This document shows positions 11,427 to 23,215 of a stretch of 64,000 nucleotides of DNA, piece by piece (the stretch's first letter is position 1; the number at the start of each line of letters is the position of its first letter). The stretch comes from Mobula hypostoma. Its lineage: Eukaryota. Location of the stretch: contig NC_086098.1 of the NCBI RefSeq assembly GCF_963921235.1, forward strand, positions 6,882,001 to 6,946,000, written 5' to 3'. Position numbers and translations under genes: made by a program. The notes beneath the pieces are model-generated. The model was not told the origin of the DNA. It made no database searches and saw only the letters and a program-made list of their open reading frames with translations.

Positions 11427-13364
11427 GAGTAATTGTTCACTGCTTCAGTCGTCTGACGCCAAGTCTGAAGTGTTGTATTATTTACTCCAGGGTCTGTTTT
11501 AGGTGAAGCTGGTGGTTTTTGAATTTTTAATTGTCATTAATCATTGTGTTCTTTGTTCCCTGAAATTAAGTTAGTAATTTTGAATGTGTGGATCCCTGAG
11601 CCAACAGTTAGGAAGGAAGGAAGTGTACTGTGATATTATGCTTGAATCATGCTCATTAAAAAAGAGGCTTCAGTTTCTCTCATGTCTTCTCATAACTAAG
11701 AGTTACATTAGCATATCCCTTCTGAAATTTTCCTGCAGTCATAACAACCTCCAAAAGTAGCAGCAGGTGCACAAGTTAGGTATGAAAGCAGTGAGATGAA
11801 GCTCCAACTTCTTTGCCTGTGGTCTCTCGTAGGGCCATTCTTCTTTTGAAACTGTAATGGCTTCTGATTAATTATCAGTTCCATCTGTGGAATTAGGGAT
11901 CCATCACTTTTGTTTGTGAACACACCATTTGAGCCCTTGTTCTCTGTGCAAAGTTAAATCAATAGATCCAGCACTTGTGGTTATGTCTGAGTAAGATGTT
12001 TGTAGCATGTCTTATGAGGAAAGATTTTCGTCATGAATCCTGATGAAACATTAATCGTTTCCACAGATGCTGCCTGGCCTGCTGAGTTCCTCCAGCATTT
12101 TCTCTGTGTACCTGTGATTTCCAGCATCTGCAGATTCTCTCTTGTTGAGGATGGGAGATGATTTGATAGAGGTGGTGTTGTTGTTCCTCTCAGTACACTT
12201 ACAGGATAATAAGAGTCATAGATCGAGTGAATAGTGTCATTAAGCATTACAACATATAAAAAAGGCCCTTCGGCCCATCTAGTCCATGCCAAAATATTAT
12301 TCTGCCTTGTTCCATCTGGAGCATAGCCCTCCACTTCCCTCCCATCCATGTTCAAAGTTCAAAGTACATTTATTATCGAAGTATGTATACTACAGATAGC
12401 CTTGAGATTCCACTCCCTGCAGGCAGCTACAGAACAAGAAACCCAATAAAAAAGACAAGACCATCAAACATCCAATGTGCAGAAACAGAACCAGTCATGC
12501 AAACAACAAAAGTAAGCGAGTAGCATTCAGGACGGAAGTTCATGGAAGTGAGTCCATAGGCACGAAGCTTCGCACAGCCAGTTCAGGAGCCTGTTAGTTG
12601 TAGGCCACAGCCACACTTCAGCACAGGGATGAGTAAATCTTGCAGAGCACTGAGGTGGACACTGGCCAAAAATTTATCCAAATGGCCATATAATTTTTCC
12701 CCAGGGCAGAAATATCCAATATGAGGGGGTGTAATTCTAAGATGATTGGAGGAAAATATAGGGGGAATGTCAGAAAAAAGTTTCTTTACATAGAGAGTGG
12801 TGGGTGCATTTAATGCCCTATCAGGCTGCTGGTAGAGGTACATACATTAGGGGCATTTAAGAAACTCTTAGATCGGCTCATGGATAATGGAAGAATAGAT
12901 GGTTCTGTGGGAGGGAAGGGTTAGATTGATCTTAGAGTTGGTTAAAAGGTTAGCAGAACATTGTGGACTGAATGGCCTGCAATATGCAGTACTATTCGTT
13001 CTTCTATCAATTGCTGTTGACAGCTTTCGTCAACTTAACTGGGTAGTACCTGAAGCCAAAACCTTAGACAAAATCGTACATGCACTTTTTATCAGGAGTG
13101 AAAGCATGCCACCTGGGACCCAGGGGATTGGGACGGAGGGGTTGGTGATAGGGGAAAGAATTGTAGTTGTGGCCTGATTGGGATCAAGGAAGAAGCCTGT
13201 GATAAGAAACCAGAAAATGGGTATTGAAGGAGGAGGATTGAGGCCAGTGGATGGAGGAGAGTAGGCAGCGACTGGCCAAGGGTGTAGGACGTAGAAGTAG
13301 AACTCAGTGAGTGGAAGGTTTTAACCCTAAGGAATTGGAAGATTAGATTTTGTAAAGAAAGATT

Positions 13365-13680
13365 TTGGCACATTAGCCTTCATAAATCAGAGTATTGAGT
13401 ACAGGAGTTGGGATGTTATGTTGAAGTTGTATAAGATATTGGTGAGGTCTAATTTGGAGTATTGTGTACAGTTTTATTCACCTACCTACAGGAAGGATGT
13501 AAGTATGATTGAAAGAGTACAGAGAAAATTTACAGGGATGTTGCTGGGTCTGGAGCACCCGAGTTATAAGGGAAGATTGAATAGGTTAGGACTTTATTCC
13601 TTGGAACATAGGCTGAGAGGAGATTTGACAGAGGTACACGAAATTATGAAGGGTGCAGATAAGGTAAATACAAGCTCCAT
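13365..13680 (+). mobile_element. CR1 RT C-terminal fragment
   Basis: LYKILVRSNLEYCVQFYSP...ERVQRKFT...LGLYSLE. Confidence 0.8.
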
Positions 13681-14034
13681 GCTGACAAATACAGTACTGT
13701 GGCAGCCTTGCTATATCTATGTGCCCAGGGCAGAAATATCCAAGATGAGAGGGTGTCCTGTATAATAGTCCTATATAATAACACAGTCCTGTATAATAAC
13801 ATTCATATTGAGGTATTATGCTGCTTTTCGGTTATTGGTGAATCACTGGTTAAAGTAGAGATGCAGATTATAATCAGTTGAAAACAGCAAATGCCCATCA
13901 CTGAATATAGTTAATGATGTTTATCTTAACCATTTGGTGAAAGAAGTTTGTAGTTTGCCAAGTATTTGTATTTATTTAAAGTAGATAGAACATGTGCTCT
14001 TATAAGGACAAATCAGCCTTAGTATAGTCTTGTA

Positions 14035-14150
14035 ACACTTCTCACACTCTTAAACTTTTCGATACACTTCTCACGCTCTTAAACTTTTCAATACACTTCT
14101 CACACTCTTAAACTTTTCGATACACTTCTCACGCTCTTAAACTTTTCAAT
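14035..14150 (+). repeat. Four tandem 29-bp units at the 5' junction of a Penelope insertion
   Basis: acacttctcac(a/g)ctcttaaacttttc(g/a)at x4 in an ABAB pattern. Confidence 0.95.
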
Positions 14151-15979
14151 GATTTTAAGTTCCCTGGCTCCCACCGCTTTATTTTCACCATGGATGTCCA
14201 GTCCTTATATACTTCCATCCCCCATCAGGAAGGTCTGAAAGCTCTATGCTTCTTTTTGGATTCCAGACCTAATCAGTTCCCCTCTACCACCACTCTGCTC
14301 TGTCTAACGGAATTAGTCCTTACTCTTAATAATTTCTCCTTTGGCTCCTCCCACTTCCTCCAAACTAAAGGTGTAGCTATGGGCACCCGTCTGGGTCCTA
14401 GCTATGCCTGCCTTTTTGTTGGGTTTGTGGAACAATCTATGTTCCGTGCCTATTCTGGTATCTGTCCCCCACTTTTCCTTTGCTACATCGACGACTGCAT
14501 TGGCGCTGCTTCCTGCACGCATGCAGAACTCGTTGACTTTATTAACTTTGCCTCCAACTTTCACCCTGCCCTCAAGTTTACCTGGTCTATTTCCGACACC
14601 TCCCTCCCCTTTCTAGATCTTTCTGTCTCTGTCTCTGGAGACAGCTTATCCACTGATGTCTACTATAAGCCTACTGACTCTCACAGCTATCTGGACTATT
14701 CCTCTTCTCACCCTGTCTCTTGCAAAAACACCATCCCCTTCTCGCAATTCCTCCGTCTCCGCTGCATCTGCTCTCAGGATGAGGCTTTTCATTCTAGGAC
14801 GAGGGAGATGTCTTCCTTTTTTAAAGAAAGGGGCTTCCCTTCCTCCACTATCAACTCTGCTCTTAAACGCATCTCCCCCATTTCACGTACATCTGCTCTC
14901 ACTCCATCCTCCCGCCACCCCACTAGGAATAGGGTTCCCCTGGTCCTCACCTACCACCCCACCAGCCTCCGGGTCCAACATATTATTCTCCGTAACTTCC
15001 GCCACCTCCAACAGGATCCCACCACTAAGCACATCTTTCCCTCCCCGCCTCTCTCTGCATTCCGCAGGGATCGCTCCCTACACGACTCCCTTGTCCATTC
15101 GTCCCCCCATCCCTCCCCACTGATCTCCCTCCTGGCACTTATCCGTGTAAGCGGAACAAGTGCTACACATGCCCTTACACTTCCTCCCTTACCACCATTC
15201 AGGGCCCCAAACAGTCCTTCCAGGTGAGGCAACACTTCACCTGTGAGTCGACTGGGGTGATATACTGCGTCCGGTGCTCCTGATGTGGCCTTTTATATAT
15301 TGGCGAGACCCGACGCAGACTGGGAGACCGCTTTGCTGAACATCTACGCTCTGTCCGCCAGAGAAAGCAGGATCTCCCAGTGGCCACACATTTTAATTCC
15401 ACATCCCATTCCCATTCTGACATGTCTATCCACGGCCTCCTCTACTGTAAAGATGAAGCCACACTCAGGTTGGAGGAACAACACCTTATATTCCGTCTGG
15501 GTAGCCTCCAACCTGATGGCATGAACATCGACTTCTCTAACTTCCGCTAAGGCCCCACCTCCCCCTTGTACCCCATCTGTTACTTATTTTTATGCACACA
15601 TTCTTTCTCTCACTCTCTTTTTTCTCCTTCTGTCCCTCTGAATATACCTCTTTCCCATCCTCTGGGTCCCCCCCCCCTTGTCTTTCTTCCCGGACCTCCT
15701 GTCCCATGATCCTCTCGTATCCCTTTTGCCTATCACCTGTCCAGCTCTTGGCTCTATCCCTCCCCCTCCTGTCTTCTCCTATCATTTTGGATCTCCCCCT
15801 CCCCCTCCAACTTTCAAATCCCTTACTCACTCTTCCTTCAGTTAGTCCTGACGAAGGGTCTCGGCCTGAAACGTCGACTGTACCTCTTCCTACAGATGCT
15901 GCCTGGCCTGCTGCGTTCACCAGCAACTTTGATGTGTGTTGCTTGAATTTCCAGCATCTGCAGAATTCCTGTTGTTTGC
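14037..15979 (+). mobile_element. Young 5'-truncated Penelope-like element, probably Neptune-type (RT, Cys linker, GIY-YIG, terminal module)
   Basis: ORF 14190-15227 has DVQSLYTSIPH, GVAMGTRLGPSYA, YIDD, KPTDSHSYL. After a frameshift near 15110: CKRNKCYTC and VIYCVRCS*CGLLYIGETRRRLGDRFAEH, ending at 15550. Perfect 13-bp TSD atagtcttgtaac at 14024-14036 and 15980-15992. Confidence 0.92.
15844..15879 (+). ncRNA. Minimal type I hammerhead ribozyme motif in the Penelope terminal module
   Basis: agtc-CTGACGA-agggtctcggcct-GAAA-c-GTC-gact: complete core, stem I agtc/gact, stem II agg/cct, loopless palindromic stem III (ACGT). Confidence 0.75.
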
Positions 15980-16351
15980 ATAGTCTTGTAACCCTTGGTT
16001 ATAAAGTCGGCACAACATCAGGCTGAAGGGCCTGTATGGTGCTGTTATATTCTGTGTAACACAGCAGAAGGTTAACAGCCATTATAGGATATAATCAAAG
16101 TTTAAAATAAATTTATTACCAAGGTACGTACTGTATGTGTCACCATATACTGCCCTGAGATTCATTTTCTTGAGGACATTCACAGTGAATACAAAGAAAC
16201 ACAATCGAATCAATGAGAAACCACACACAAGACAAACAACCAATGTGCAAAGGACAACAAACTCTGCAGTTTGGAATATTACATTTTATAAAGGAACACA
16301 TGAAATCACATAGGGAATAAGACACATTACATCATGTAAAAGAGCACGTTA

Positions 16352-16963
16352 CAGTGAATTCCAGTTCGTTAGGACACATCGGGACAAGTACATTTTGGCC
16401 TAATTAAGGCCAAAGTTTCATGAAAATAAAAGTTATATAAAAGACCAACTACGAATGACAAATATGTATTTAACTGAAATACAGAACAAATTAAGCCCTA
16501 CCATTATGACTACAGTACTATAAAACTGTGTATTAGTTCCTAATGGTTATCAACAGAGGAATTCATCCAGTCTGTGCTGACAGGTACCTTTGATTGACTG
16601 TAAATGGACAAAATCAGCACAGATCATGTAGATAATAGACTGCCTTCATACTACACTTTCAATGACTGCATCCTCCAAATCTTCATTTTTATTGTAACAT
16701 ACAAGGTGATTGTTGTTACCTTGAAATTCTTTGTAGGTCCTAACTTGTCAAAGTAGTGAAATCATTTCATTTTCACTCCCGGCCATTTCTGGCATCTCCA
16801 AGGCTGAATGCTTGAAACCACAGTGAGTGAAGCAGTTCTGAATTGTCTTACTGCTTATTTCTTGCCAACTATCAGTGACAGAAATCACTGCTTTTTAAAC
16901 ACAAACACACACAACTGACACTGTTAATTGAGGGCCGATGGCCCAGTGAACAGGAATCTACTG
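16352..16963 (-). mobile_element. Tigger/pogo-like non-autonomous DNA transposon
   Basis: TA-flanked imperfect TIRs (cagtgaattcc / ggaatctactg). Minus strand at about 16800-16890 reads DSWQEISSKTIQNCFTHCGF, resembling the pogo DDE C-terminus. Confidence 0.7.
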
Positions 16964-17544
16964 TATTGTGTGTGTAATACAATGCATTCCTTCAGACTTA
17001 CTGTCCGACATGTCACAGAAAAATTAGTAGTTCACATAAAGTAAATCATTCACATTTCTTTCTAAAGACACACTCAAAATGTAAACCGTACCGAAATGCA
17101 TTGCTACATATCAGAGACTGCTATTTTGTCTTCACAATCAATAAAAGATTGTAACATGATTTTTTTTTCAAATGGAAGCAACAGAGCCTTAAAAGCTTAG
17201 GCACCAAAATTACTTTTATACGTTTTTTCCCTCTGGTTTTAATTGCTCTAACAGGTTTAGTCTGTAACAGGACATGGTCTGCTGCTTACATTAAATACAA
17301 ATATAACCTGCATTACTATAGGGATTGTACTTTGTTTATTCAAAACACGTCGTCCTATGATCTTGCTATTCACCACTTTGGGTTGAATATGTTTAATTTT
17401 TGCCTTCTTGTATTTTCCTCTTTCCCTCTCGGTCAGAAGAAGGGTCTCGGCCTGAAATGTCGATGTCTGTTCATTTCCGTAGAACCTGCCTGACTTGCTG
17501 AATTCATTCCTCCAGTATTTTGTGTGTGTTGCTTTAGATTTTTT

Positions 17545-18217
17545 TAGATTAGATTAGATTAGATTATGAGGACACTCAGTCCTCGTTTATTGTCATTTAG
17601 AAATGCAAGCATTTAAAAATGATGTAATGTTCCTCCAGTATGATATCACAGAAACACAAGACAGACCAAGATTAAAACTGACAAAAACACATAATTATAA
17701 CATATAGTTACAACAGTGCAAAGCAATACTGTAATTTGATAAGAGCAGACCATGGGCACGGCAAAAAAAAGTCTCAAAGTCCTGATAGCCCCAACATCTC
17801 ACGCAGACAGTAGAAGGGAGAAACTCTTCCTGCCATGAGCTTCCAGCGCCGCAAACTTGCCGATGCAGCATCCTGGAAGCACCCGACCGCAGTCGGACTC
17901 TGAGTCCGTCCGAATACTTCGAGCCTCCGACACCGAGCACTGAGCACCATCTCTGCCGAGCGCTTCGACCCCGGCCCCAGCCGCCAAGCAACAGGCAAAG
18001 CCGAGGATTTGGGGTCTTCCCCTCCGGAGATTTCAGATCCCACAGTAGCAGCGGCAGTGAAATAGGCATTTCAGAAGTTTCACCAGATGTTCTTCCATGC
18101 CCTCACGTCTGTCTCCATCAAATCAGGATTGTGCATGGTCCCCTACTTGACAGATAACAGATATTCATCACCGGAGAGGCCGCGCGCGCTGCATCGCCCT
18201 GCCATCTTCTCCTCGCC
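17545..18217 (-). mobile_element. GC-rich non-autonomous retroposon with (aatct)n tail, nested in a Penelope terminal module
   Basis: Tail is (agatt)n on +; 5' end ggcgaggagaagatggc on -; the host module is split between gctttagattt and atttccagcatctgc. Confidence 0.55.
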
Positions 18218-18509
18218 AATTTCCAGCATCTGCAAAATTTATTGTGTTTAAATTTAGCCTATCACAATATACTACAGTTTGCACTGGAGACAATCAGAAT
18301 ATTTTCAAGATTTCCTTGTCAGGTATCATCATTATGAGCCATGTCACATGACGGGGGTGATCATGGTCTATGACCACGATTGTCCTTGGCAGATTTTTTT
18401 ACAGAAGTGGTTCACCTTTGACAGGTATAAACAGTTTTAAACCAACTCTCAGATATGCACACTCCCTAGCCTAATCTCCCCAGTCAGAGCCAGTGTGGGT
18501 TCGAGACAC

Positions 18510-19950
18510 AGAACGTAGAACATTACAGTACAGTACAGGTCCTTCTGCCCATAATGAGGTCAATCTAACCCCACCCTCCTCCATAGCCCTCTATTTTTCT
18601 TTCATCAATGTGTCTATCTAAGAATCTCTTAAATCTTCCTGATTATATCCATATCTAACACCACCCCAGCTGCGCATTCCAAACACCCATCACTCTCTGT
18701 AAAAAATCCTGCCTCAAACATCCCCATTTTCCTTTCCTCCAGTCACCTTAATCTGCCCTCTCATGTTAGCCATTTTGACTGTGGGTAAGTCTGGCTATCT
18801 ACTCTGCCTTGTACATCTCTATCAAATCACCTCTCGTCCTCCTTTTCTCCAAAGAGAAAAGCCCTGATTCACTCAACCTCTCCTCATAAGACATGCTCTC
18901 TAATCCAGGCAGCATCCTGGTAAATCTGCTCTTCACTCTCTCCAACATTTCTACATCCATCCTATAATGAGGCAACTAGAACAGAACACAGGATTCCAAG
19001 AAACACACACAAGATGCTGGGGAAGCCCAGCAGGTCAGGTAGCATTTATGGAAATGAATAAATAGATGACATTTCTCACCAGGGCCCTTCTTCAGGACTA
19101 GAAAGGAAGGGGGAAGACGCCAAAATAAAAAGGTGGAGTGAGGAGAAGGAGGATAGCTCGAAGGTGATAGGTGAAGCAGGTGAGTTGGAAAGGGAAAGGG
19201 CTGGAGAGGAAGGAATCTGATAGGCGAGGAGAGTGGAGAGAAAAGGACGGAGGAGAAGGGTCACAGGGGGAGGTGATAGCCAAGTGAGAAGAGGTAAAAG
19301 GTCACAGTGCAGAACAGAAAAAGAGGGGAGCCGGAGGGAAACATAGTTTTACCAGAAGGAGAAATCGATGTTCATGCCATCAAGTTGGAAGCTACCCTGA
19401 CGGAAGATAAGGTGTTGTTCCTCTGCCCTGAGGGTGGCCATGGACTGACATGTCAGCGCAGGAATGGGAACTGGAATTAAAATATTTTGCCAGGAGGAAG
19501 TCCAGCTTGTGGTGGTTGGAGCAGAGATGCTCGAGGAAGCTGTTCCTCAGTTTAAGGCAGGTCACACCAATGTAGAGAAAGCCACACGGGGAGCACTGGA
19601 CACCAGCAGGTGGACCCAGCAGATTCCCAGGTGAGGTGTTGCAACACCTGGAAGGATGGCCTCGGGTCCTGAGTGGAGGTGAGGGAGGAGGTAAATGGGC
19701 AGGTGGATAAGTGCCAGGAGGGAGATTACTGGGAAGGGATGAAGGGACAAGGAAATCATGGAGGGAGCGATCTCGGCGGGATGCAGAGAGGGGGGGAGGT
19801 AAAGGTATGTTTGATGGTAGGATCTCTTTGGAGATTGCCGACATGAATGCAGAGGCTCATGCGGGGTTAGGAAAGGACAGTATTCCAAGTGTGGTCTAAC
19901 CAGAGTTTGATAGAGCTGCAGGATTACTCCCTGGCTCATCTCGAGTCCTC
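18510..19950 (-). mobile_element. CR1 3' fragment interrupted by a Penelope fragment (19001-19876)
   Basis: CR1 LYQTLVRPHLEYC is split. The insert has GIY-YIG remnants (CSPCGFLYIGVT) and the terminal module. TSD acag(g/t)attccaag at 18988-19000 and 19877-19889. Confidence 0.8.
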
Positions 19951-20316
19951 GCATTCTATGAGGCAGGGCAGAGGGCCAGGTTTGGTTTATTGAATTATTA
20001 TTTATATGGGTAATTCTTGTATCTATTTAACCACAATTAACACATTAACCAGTATACAATATCGAATTAAGTCTGTGTAATCAAGCAACTTATTACCTTC
20101 CTTTTGCTCTGGAAAAAAGTCTATGAAAAGAAACCATATAAATCCTTGCTACCTCATTACAGGCCTAATTAGTCAGTAAAGCTATCTCTGAATCTAATGC
20201 CACCGGGAAGAAAATATTCCCTCTATTCTACTTTTAGTAAAAATGAGGGTCAGGAAATGCCATTTAATGAAAGATTAGCTTCATGTATATCGAAACATGA
20301 AGCTGGGGAGTGAAGT

Positions 20317-20965
20317 CAGCACATGAGCTCCTCTACTGTCGAGATAAAGCCACACTCAAGTTGGATGAAGAACAGCTTATGTTCCTAGGAAGAGGAACGT
20401 CGACTGTACTTCTTCCTAGAGATACTGCCTGGCCTTCTGCGTTCACCAGTAACTTTGATATGTGTTGCTTGAATTTCCAGCATTTGCAGAATTCCTTGTG
20501 TTTACCTTATGTTCCGCCTGGGTAGCATCCAACCTGATGGCATGAATATTGATTTCTCTAACTTCCGTTAATGCCCTTCCTCCCCCTCTTACCCCATCCC
20601 TAATTTTTTTTTCCCTGTCTTTACCTTTCATAATAACTCCTTGCCTAATCACCATCTTCCTCTGGTGCTCCCCTCCCCCTTTCTTTCTTCCAAGGCCTTC
20701 AGTCCTATGATACTCTCCCTTCTCCAGCCTAGTATCCCTTTAGCCAACCAACTTCCCAGCTCTTTGCTTCATCCCTCCCCCTCCTGTCTTCTCATATAAT
20801 TTCGGGTCTCCCCCTCCCCCTCTTCCTCCCACTTCCAAATCTCTTACTATCTCTCTTTTCCGTTAGTCCTGACGAAGGGTCTCGACCTGAAATGTCGACT
20901 GTACTTCTTCCTATGGATGCTGTCTGACCTGCTGCGTTCCACCAGCATTTTGTGTGTGTTGCATG
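20317..20965 (+). mobile_element. Penelope 3' fragment with hammerhead module, containing a nested solo terminal module (20386-20505)
   Basis: Colinear with 15420-15940. TSD cttatgttcc at 20376-20385 and 20506-20515. Confidence 0.85.
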
Positions 20966-21644
20966 AGGTGAAATGCTGGGGGCAGCCGGCATGTATCACC
21001 ACCGTTCCAGCACCAAAATAGCATGCCCACAACTTACTCACCCTAACCGGTACATCTTTGGAATGTGGAAGGGAACGGGAGCACCAGGGGGAAACCCGCA
21101 TGGTCATAGTGAGAATGTTCAAACTCCTTACAGAAGGTGCGGGAGGAAGGTGCCTGTGATTGACCAGTCTCTCCCTCACTCTTGCTCACTGCTGCAGCAG
21201 GATGGTGCCGGAGTCCTGGGTCGCGGTCAAGGTTTAATTGCCGCAGTCTGTGGTTTAGACTCTGTAGTTCGTGTTATGATGTGTTTCTGGTTTCTGGTCG
21301 CTCCTTTTTTTATTGCTATTTTGTTGCAACTTTGATCGGGGCGGACTGTCTCTGCGGCCTGCAGTCAACGAACAACACAGCGCTAAATTGAACTGAACTA
21401 CACGCTGAACATTCCGGGACTGTTTCAAGGACCCTGCAGTGTGATGTTTAACATTCTGTGTGTTACTCACACATGTTTTGCTGTTTGTGCAATTTATTCT
21501 TTTTTTTTGCACTTTGTCTGTTTGATGATTTCTTTGTTTGGGTTCCATTTTGTTTCTTTGTTTGTGGCTGTTTGTGGGAAGAAGAATCTCATCGTTGTGT
21601 ACTGCATACATAATTTCATTAGAGTACTTTGAAATTGTACTTGC

Positions 21645-22480
21645 ACTCAGAGTCAGTGAGACCAAAGAACTGTTTGTGGACTTCAGAAAGGGTCAGACGA
21701 GGAACACACACCAGTCCTCACAGAGGGATCAGGAGTGGAACGAATGAGTAATTTCAAGTTCCTTGGTGTCAACATGTCTGACGATCTATCCTGGGCCCAA
21801 CAAGTCGATGCAGCTACAAAGAGGGCGCAACAGCGGCTAGATTTCATTAGGAGTTTGCGGAGATTTGGTATGTCACCAAAGGGAGTGAAAAATTTCTACA
21901 GATGTATCAATGTATCATTCTAACTAGTTGCATCACCATCTGATATGGGGTGGGGAGCTATTGCACAGGATCGAAGTAAGCTGCAGAGAGTTGTAAACGT
22001 AGTCGGCTCCATCAGGGGCACTGGCATCTGTAATATCCAGGACATCTTCAAGGAGCAATGCCTCAAAAAGATGACATCCATCATTAAGGACCCCCATCAG
22101 CCAGGACATGCCCTCTTCTCATTGATGCCATCAGGAAAGAGGTACAGGAACCTGAAGGCACACACTCAGCGATTCAGGAACAGCTTCTTCCTCTGCCACA
22201 CACATCAAAGTTGCTGGTGAATGCAGCAGGCGAGGCAGCATCTCTAGGAAGAGGTACGGTCGACGTTTCAGGCCGAGACCCTTCGTCAGGACGAAGGGTC
22301 TCAGCCTGAAACGGTCCTGACGAAGGGTCTCGGCCTGAAACGTCGACCGTACCTCTCCCTAGAGATGCTGCCTGGCCTGCTGCGTTCACCAGCAACTTTG
22401 ATGTGTGTTGCTTGAATTTCCAGCATCTGCGGAATTCCTCGTGTTCTTCCTCTGCCATCTGATTTCTGAATGGACACCGA
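21645..22480 (+). mobile_element. Rex/Babar-like LINE 3' fragment with nested Penelope cassette
   Basis: VSETKELFVDFRK, FKFLGVNMSDDLSW, SIIKDPHQPGHALFSL.PSGKRYR. Confidence 0.8.
22199..22443. mobile_element. Solo inverted Penelope terminal-module cassette with two intact hammerhead motifs
   Basis: About 95-bp inverted arms (22198-22292 and 22314-22408); 14-bp TSD ttcttcctctgcca at 22185-22198 and 22444-22457. Confidence 0.88.
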
Positions 22481-22841
22481 GCAATACACACAAAACGCTG
22501 GGGGAACTCAGCAGGTCAGGCTGCATCTATAAAGTGGAATAAACAGTCAATGTTTCGGTCCTGATGAAGGGTCTGGTCATCTTTTTCTATAATTAAGTAT
22601 TTCATTGTACTACCGCAGTGGCAACTTCCACGAGATATGCTGGTGATATTAAACCTGATTCTGATTCAGATCTTTGAGTGGAAACTATGCTTGAGGATCG
22701 CTGTGACGACGCTAACCGCTACGCGATTGCGCTGCACATTTTGTTGCAAGCATTACAAAAAGAAGATGAGAGAGATTTCATTCCCAAACGTTGATGTATA
22801 ACCTTAAAGGAGAAGTCTTGCTTATTAGTTGATGTTCTCAG

Positions 22842-23215
22842 TAGTCATAGTCATAGTCATACTTTATTGATCCCGAGGGAAATTGGGTTTTGTTACAGTT
22901 GCACCAACCAAGAATAGAGTATAAATATAGCAATATAAAATCATAAGTAATGAAATAATAATATGTAAATTATGCCAGGAAATAAGTCCAGGACCAGCCT
23001 ATTGGCTCAGGGTGTCCGACCCTCCAAGGGAGGAGTTGTAAAGTTTGATGGCCACAGGCAGGAATGACTTCCTATGACGCTCTGTGTTGCATCTCGGTGG
23101 AATGAGTCTCTGGCTGAATGTACTCCTGTGCCCACCCAGTACATTATGTAGTGGATGGGAGACATTGTCCAAGATGGCATGCAACTTGGACAGCATCCTC
23201 TTTTCAGACACCACC
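22842..23215 (-). mobile_element. Rex/Babar-like 3' end, near-identical to 47-395
   Basis: Same peptide (VVSEKRMLSKLHAILDNVSHPLH...) and same (tagtca)n tail. Confidence 0.75.

Noticed and set aside
14035..14150. 29-bp direct repeats resembling a CRISPR array
   Set aside because: No spacers, eukaryotic context, and the unit is part of the Penelope RT coding sequence.
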